A stretch of DNA of 13,918 bases, from positions 1-13,918 of the forward strand of contig CBFFRP010000083.1 of assembly GCA_965644295.1 (NCBI GenBank), written 5' to 3'. The position numbers and the translations under genes were made by a program. Of this stretch, positions 9,440 through 13,918 are shown piece by piece (within the stretch, counting starts at the first letter, position 1; every line of letters begins with the position of its first letter). This DNA comes from Paraphysomonas bandaiensis (Eukaryota; Protista; Chrysophyceae). The notes below the pieces were generated by a model that did not search any database, had not been told where the DNA came from, and saw only the letters and a list, made by a program, of their open reading frames with translations.

Positions 9440-10338
9440 CACTTCCGTTCTTAGTGTGTGTTATGAGGCTCGCCATGATCGTGTGTCCTGGGACTCACCG
9501 GCGCGTGTGATCTGGAGGTCTCCCCTTGGGATGAGACTTCACTCGCTATATTATAGATGTGTATGTAAAGGACACGTTGTGCATCATCGTACAGCATTAC
9601 AAGTGAAAGCAGTGATCTAAGTCTACTACTACAACACTGGAACGCTTAAGACTACACATACATTGTGTGCAATTTGCATCGGGGACTGCCTTATGTACCT
9701 CATGGCAACCAGGGGAAACAGTACTATACCCTGCTGAGATTGGCAATCTGGTGGCCTTCCTTTAGGCATTGTGCCAAGTGGCTCGAAGGTATGTGGATGA
9801 AGGTCTTGCAAAAGGTTATGTGGATGAAGAAGCGTCGAAATCGACTCTTTTGCTGTCTTAGCCAGCGGTAGAGAGCACATGCAAGAGACGAAGAAGAGTT
9901 ACCATGTAATGTTCACATGTTCACACCGTTCCCGTACAGGATAGTCACTGAATGGTGTGAGATGACAGATACTTCGAAAAGTAGACATTTCTTGACCTTA
10001 CCATCATAAAGAATCGAATGTTATTACTTCATCACGTGAATGGTTTCTATGTTTCTATACCCTCAGTGTTTAGTGGTCATAATATTTTGTATCTTTGCTC
10101 CCCTGTTTTTTACAACCCATTTATGATTTTAACTAGTATGGTGCTGTAGTGAACGACCACTTTAACACTAGCAAATATTAGCACTGGTGAAGTATCCCAG
10201 CGAATAATAGCAGCCGAACTAGGCTTGACGTAGCACACAGCGACCCATATGCTGTACTAAGAGAACTAGAAAAAGAACTAACACATTATTAGACCTAAAG
10301 TACCATCTAATGCAAGTAGGGGCAATTAAACCAAGATA

Positions 10339-11538
10339 TCAGTAGTATATCGTCAAAGTGCGATGATGTGGTGGAATATCATCCTTCAATTTCTCGCCTA
10401 GTTGCCATAGTAACCAGTCTACTTCTATGACAATGATATCCCTGCCCCGTTTAACCAAAGCCTCTTTCAGCTTTTCTACGGCAATTATCGTACATGCTCT
10501 TATTTCTACCTCTTCCTCGCTTCCAAAAGGTATTAGAGTTTTTTGGTCAATTTTGCTGGCGAGGCTTGGGTCGTAAACGAGCACTCCCATTTGTCTTTAT
10601 GTACGCTGTTAGGAACAGAAACTAGCATTTAAATGATGCGCTGAGTTACCTTAAAATCTGGGGAACTCGATAGTCTGCAAACATTGTCAACTCTCCCATA
10701 TCTTTAAACTTGTAATATTGGGAGTTCCCGCCAGTCCCATTCGTCTCTTGTAATCTGCCACCATATGCCGCCCAGAGGTCCCCCACTAGTATCTGAGCAC
10801 GCTTGTAAAGGTGCACCAAGCGACCCTTGTATATAACAGTATCACGAAATCCCGGTAGATATCGAAGAATAAGCTCCACTAATTTCACTGCGCTTCCATC
10901 AGCTGCCACCACCATACCCTCTGCAAGGCCTGCAAATTCTGGGAAAGCAGAAACCATATCAGTCAGACCCGTAATACAAAAAGGTATCATCAATACAAAC
11001 CTTTCAGTAGAACTTCACCCATTTCTTTCAGGCGTAGTACGCGCTCAGATATGAGGGGTATAGTGTGATTAGGAAACCAAGATTGTAAAACATCCTGCAC
11101 AATATTTTTAATATATCACGATCAGAAGATATCGATTAGACTACCTCAGAAATGTTCGATAGACTCTCGGCACTAAATGCATTAGAATCCTTACAAAGCA
11201 CCTACAATGTCTTATTAAAAAATCAACGAGAACATATATAATATTACATTTTTGAGGCATGTTGCCAAGTGCTCATATTCCAAGTCATCAGGAGACGGCC
11301 AAAAACAGAAGTTCAGAGCATCTAATACAAATATATACTGACAAGTCATAGGTCCATTAGGAACATCTTCACAATAATGCCATCCTTCAGCATCCCATGC
11401 CACTTGACTCTTATCACCAATAGTGCTCACATCCATCTCTTGTGCTACACGATCTATTGCAGCGGCATCGATGCGAACAAATGATGCTTCTTCACATACA
11501 ATATTACAAGATCTCTTCACCTCAAGTAGTGGGTTCAT
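10339..11538 (-). CDS. QNG1: Queuosine 5'-phosphate N-glycosylase/hydrolase (queuosine salvage protein, DUF2419/C9orf64 family), 328 aa
   Basis: Family motifs QYIFVLDALNFCFWP, YKRAQILVGDLW, LTMFADYRVPQILR, EEVEIRAC, VDWLLWQLGE and terminal PHHRTLTIYY. Exons 11538-11248, 11201-11145, 11094-11001, 10938-10650, 10594-10339 (987 nt, in frame). Confidence 0.96.
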
Positions 11539-11880
11539 ATTCAATTACTTTTATGGTTATATGTCGATTGTAATGCCTAGTAGAATCTATGAGTGTCTAT
11601 TGTAAAGGAGGGAACGAATGGATGACTTTGGCAGGCCATTGATTTTTTATGAATTCGGGATTTTTATTTTATAAAAAACAGTGATTTTATCATAATCTCA
11701 TACAGAGTTTATAAAAGAGTCTATTTTTTGTACCTACAAAAAGGTTTTTTGTCAAATAATTTTTGCACAGCGTTAACATGTTAATATATGACAGCATTCG
11801 CATGTAAAATAAATTTCGTAAAAATAATTTTCTGAAAAAGTGTTACATACTGCTGGAGTCTGTTACCTGCTACATACTAA

Positions 11881-11944
11881 TATGGTGTATATGGTATAGG
11901 TATACTCTGTACTTCTAGCTATACCTATATATGGATACACCATA
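11881..11944. repeat. Interrupted inverted repeat (hairpin) between QNG1 and PHAF1
   Basis: TATGGTGTAT (11881-11890) pairs with ATACACCATA (11935-11944); TATAGGTATA (11895-11904) pairs with TATACCTATA (11920-11929); 15-nt loop. Confidence 0.7.
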
Positions 11945-12034
11945 GTACAGCATTAATAATTCTTTCTTTCATATATTCCTCATTCAAACACTAGCATACG
12001 ATACACTAGGAACTAATACCCGATTAAACTCATA

Positions 12035-13629
12035 ATGAACTCTTATGATGAACCATTTCAGATTAATTCAGGTGTCGGATTAAGTAAATTTAAACTAGGG
12101 ATGAGTATTAACGAGACGATTGAATATCTGACTAAAGAGTTCCCTCGAGTGCATTATGACCTCACGATAGGTGATTACACTACACAAGAAAGTTCAGAGT
12201 TACAATTATGCATACCATGCTGGGGTGTACGTTTGCGTTATCTTCCCCTGTCACAGAAATTATTTATCATTGATATCTATGACCTTAAGTGCACTGCATT
12301 CGAAATGAATGACACTGTTATCCATGATACAAAGCATAAAACTACACTTAAATCTTTACAGAATACTTTAGGTCCTCTTTTTCCAGGTAGAATTAGTATG
12401 GTATGCTACAAGGATTATCTTAATGCTGTACATTGATCCAGGTAAATTCGTCGAAGACGGGCTGTATTTGCTTCAATTCGACGGAATAAGTTTGTTGTTT
12501 TCGATCCCAACTCAGTTTCAGTCGATATACGAGAATGGAAATAAAATTCCTACACTTCTTCCCGATGATTCTTCTGCTCTCTTGAAACGAGTCTATGTTC
12601 ACCCCAGTGATCTGGAAATGGAAGGTGCAGACAAATACTCTGATGATTTGCCATTGGTAGCAGAAATAGTATTCAAACGCCGGTCGAATTCTCCGGATAG
12701 ACCATTGTCTCATGTCCATTTCAAGCTACCTGGCTCACAAAAAGATGGTTTGGTGACACTTGGCATGTCAGCGCAAGATGTCATATCTAATCTTGGTAAC
12801 CCGGATTTTGCTAGCTCAGCATCCCAGCGAAGCGACTCATACTCCCAGCGTTACGAGTATTATCGACTAGGTTAGCTCATATGCAGGATGTGATTTATTT
12901 GTTATTTACATTACATACCTGTTTGTAGGTTTGGACTTGTACTTTTCAAAGAAACGGCACCTTGTGTACCGCATTGTAATGCGTACTAATTTCCCTGGCC
13001 ACCAAGATTTCAGCAGATATGACAGATGTGCATTTCGAATAAATGATGAGGAAACAGCTGATCGATTAATATGCGCTAGGAGTCAGTGCAGTATTTTATC
13101 TAGTGTTGCAAGCGTTCCTGCAGTGGAAGGTCAGGGTACAACAGAGAAGAAGCGCGAAGCATCTGAAGACAAGACTTGGAAAGCAGCTTCAGGGAAAAAA
13201 TCGGACATCAGTGATTTGGAAGACGATTCGGAAAAAACACAGTCGGCCTCGGAGACAATGTCTGGTAACAGTTCAGACTCTGGAATTGGGATTGATGTGG
13301 CGGGCAGTATCACACCGGCCTCACACTGGTCCAGAACTGCGGTCAGAACAGAAATTTTGTTGTATTTTCGTAACGCATGTACAGGATCTGTTGTCTCAAT
13401 GGTTTGCTGGTAGCGGACAGACTGTGCCAGCGGCCATTAAACCAACCCCTGCAGGGTGTCCGTTTGCTCCAACGAAATTGTATGGCTATCCCCATGTAAG
13501 TTGTTGTGTCTGTCTGGAGGTAAGATACTTTTACGAGTGTATCAGATCAATGCGGTTGTGGAGGTATCGGATGGTGGATGGATTGTCTCAGTGACAATAC
13601 TAGATCCAGATATGTTGATAGACAACTAG
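12035..13629 (+). CDS. PHAF1: Phagosome assembly factor 1 homolog (C16orf70/UPF0183 family), about 462 aa
   Basis: Family motifs FKLGMSINE, LGPLFPG, LGMSAQDVISNLGNP, YYRLGLDLYF, MRTNFPGHQDFSRYDRCAF, PFAPTKLYGYP, VEVSDGGWIVSVTI. Exons 12035-12386, 12442-12870, 12929-13341, 13385-13495, 13546-13629 (1389 nt, all GT-AG). Confidence 0.92.
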
Positions 13630-13665
13630 GCTGTCGGACTGTTTATATCCAGATATGTTGATAGA
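13604..13665 (+). repeat. Perfect 19-bp direct repeat straddling the PHAF1 stop codon
   Basis: ATCCAGATATGTTGATAGA at 13604-13622 and 13647-13665 with a 24-nt spacer. Confidence 0.85.
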
Positions 13666-13918
13666 TAAGGAGGGTGGTACGCCAACTGTATGTATGAAAA
13701 TTATGAAATATTACTCTTTTAAGTGCAGCAGTATCTGTGGTCGTGAAGCCACAAAACTCCTTGAGAGACTACGTTTGCGAGCGACGAGTGTGTCCATATA
13801 ATGAAATGTAGAACTAGATTCGCAATGTGATTATTGTAATTAAATATACTCTTGTTTTACAACTCTACTTTTTACCTTACAAAAAATGAGCAGGGAGTTG
13901 TGTCTCTGTCTCGTAGAA

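Noticed and set aside
10339-13629. Functional link between queuosine salvage and PHAF1
   Set aside because: Adjacency only; every gene in the window is in a divergent pair and eukaryotic neighbours need not share function.

Overview
AT-rich eukaryotic (protist-like, possibly stramenopile) nuclear DNA with six intron-containing genes in three head-to-head pairs (- + / - + / - +). Introns are short GT-AG, about 43-110 nt, so the ORF track shows only exon fragments. I rebuilt gene models by hand. Confident calls: queuosine salvage hydrolase QNG1 (DUF2419 family, minus) and PHAF1/C16orf70 (UPF0183 family, plus). Most notable: a spliced minus-strand gene encoding a divergent H4-like histone fold fused through an acidic linker to an H3-like fold. 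It lies head-to-head with a gene resembling the C-terminal domain of condensin CAP-G, with a perfect 22-bp palindrome between them. Also present: a 565-aa hypothetical gene, a small Cys/His zinc-finger gene with a duplicated YGDPYSV motif, a probable Ty1/Copia gag relic, and a ~99-bp hairpin-bearing repeat in three copies (1-99 inverted relative to tandem copies at 9237-9304 and 9341-9439). All family assignments come from by-eye comparison with remembered consensus sequences, not database searches.
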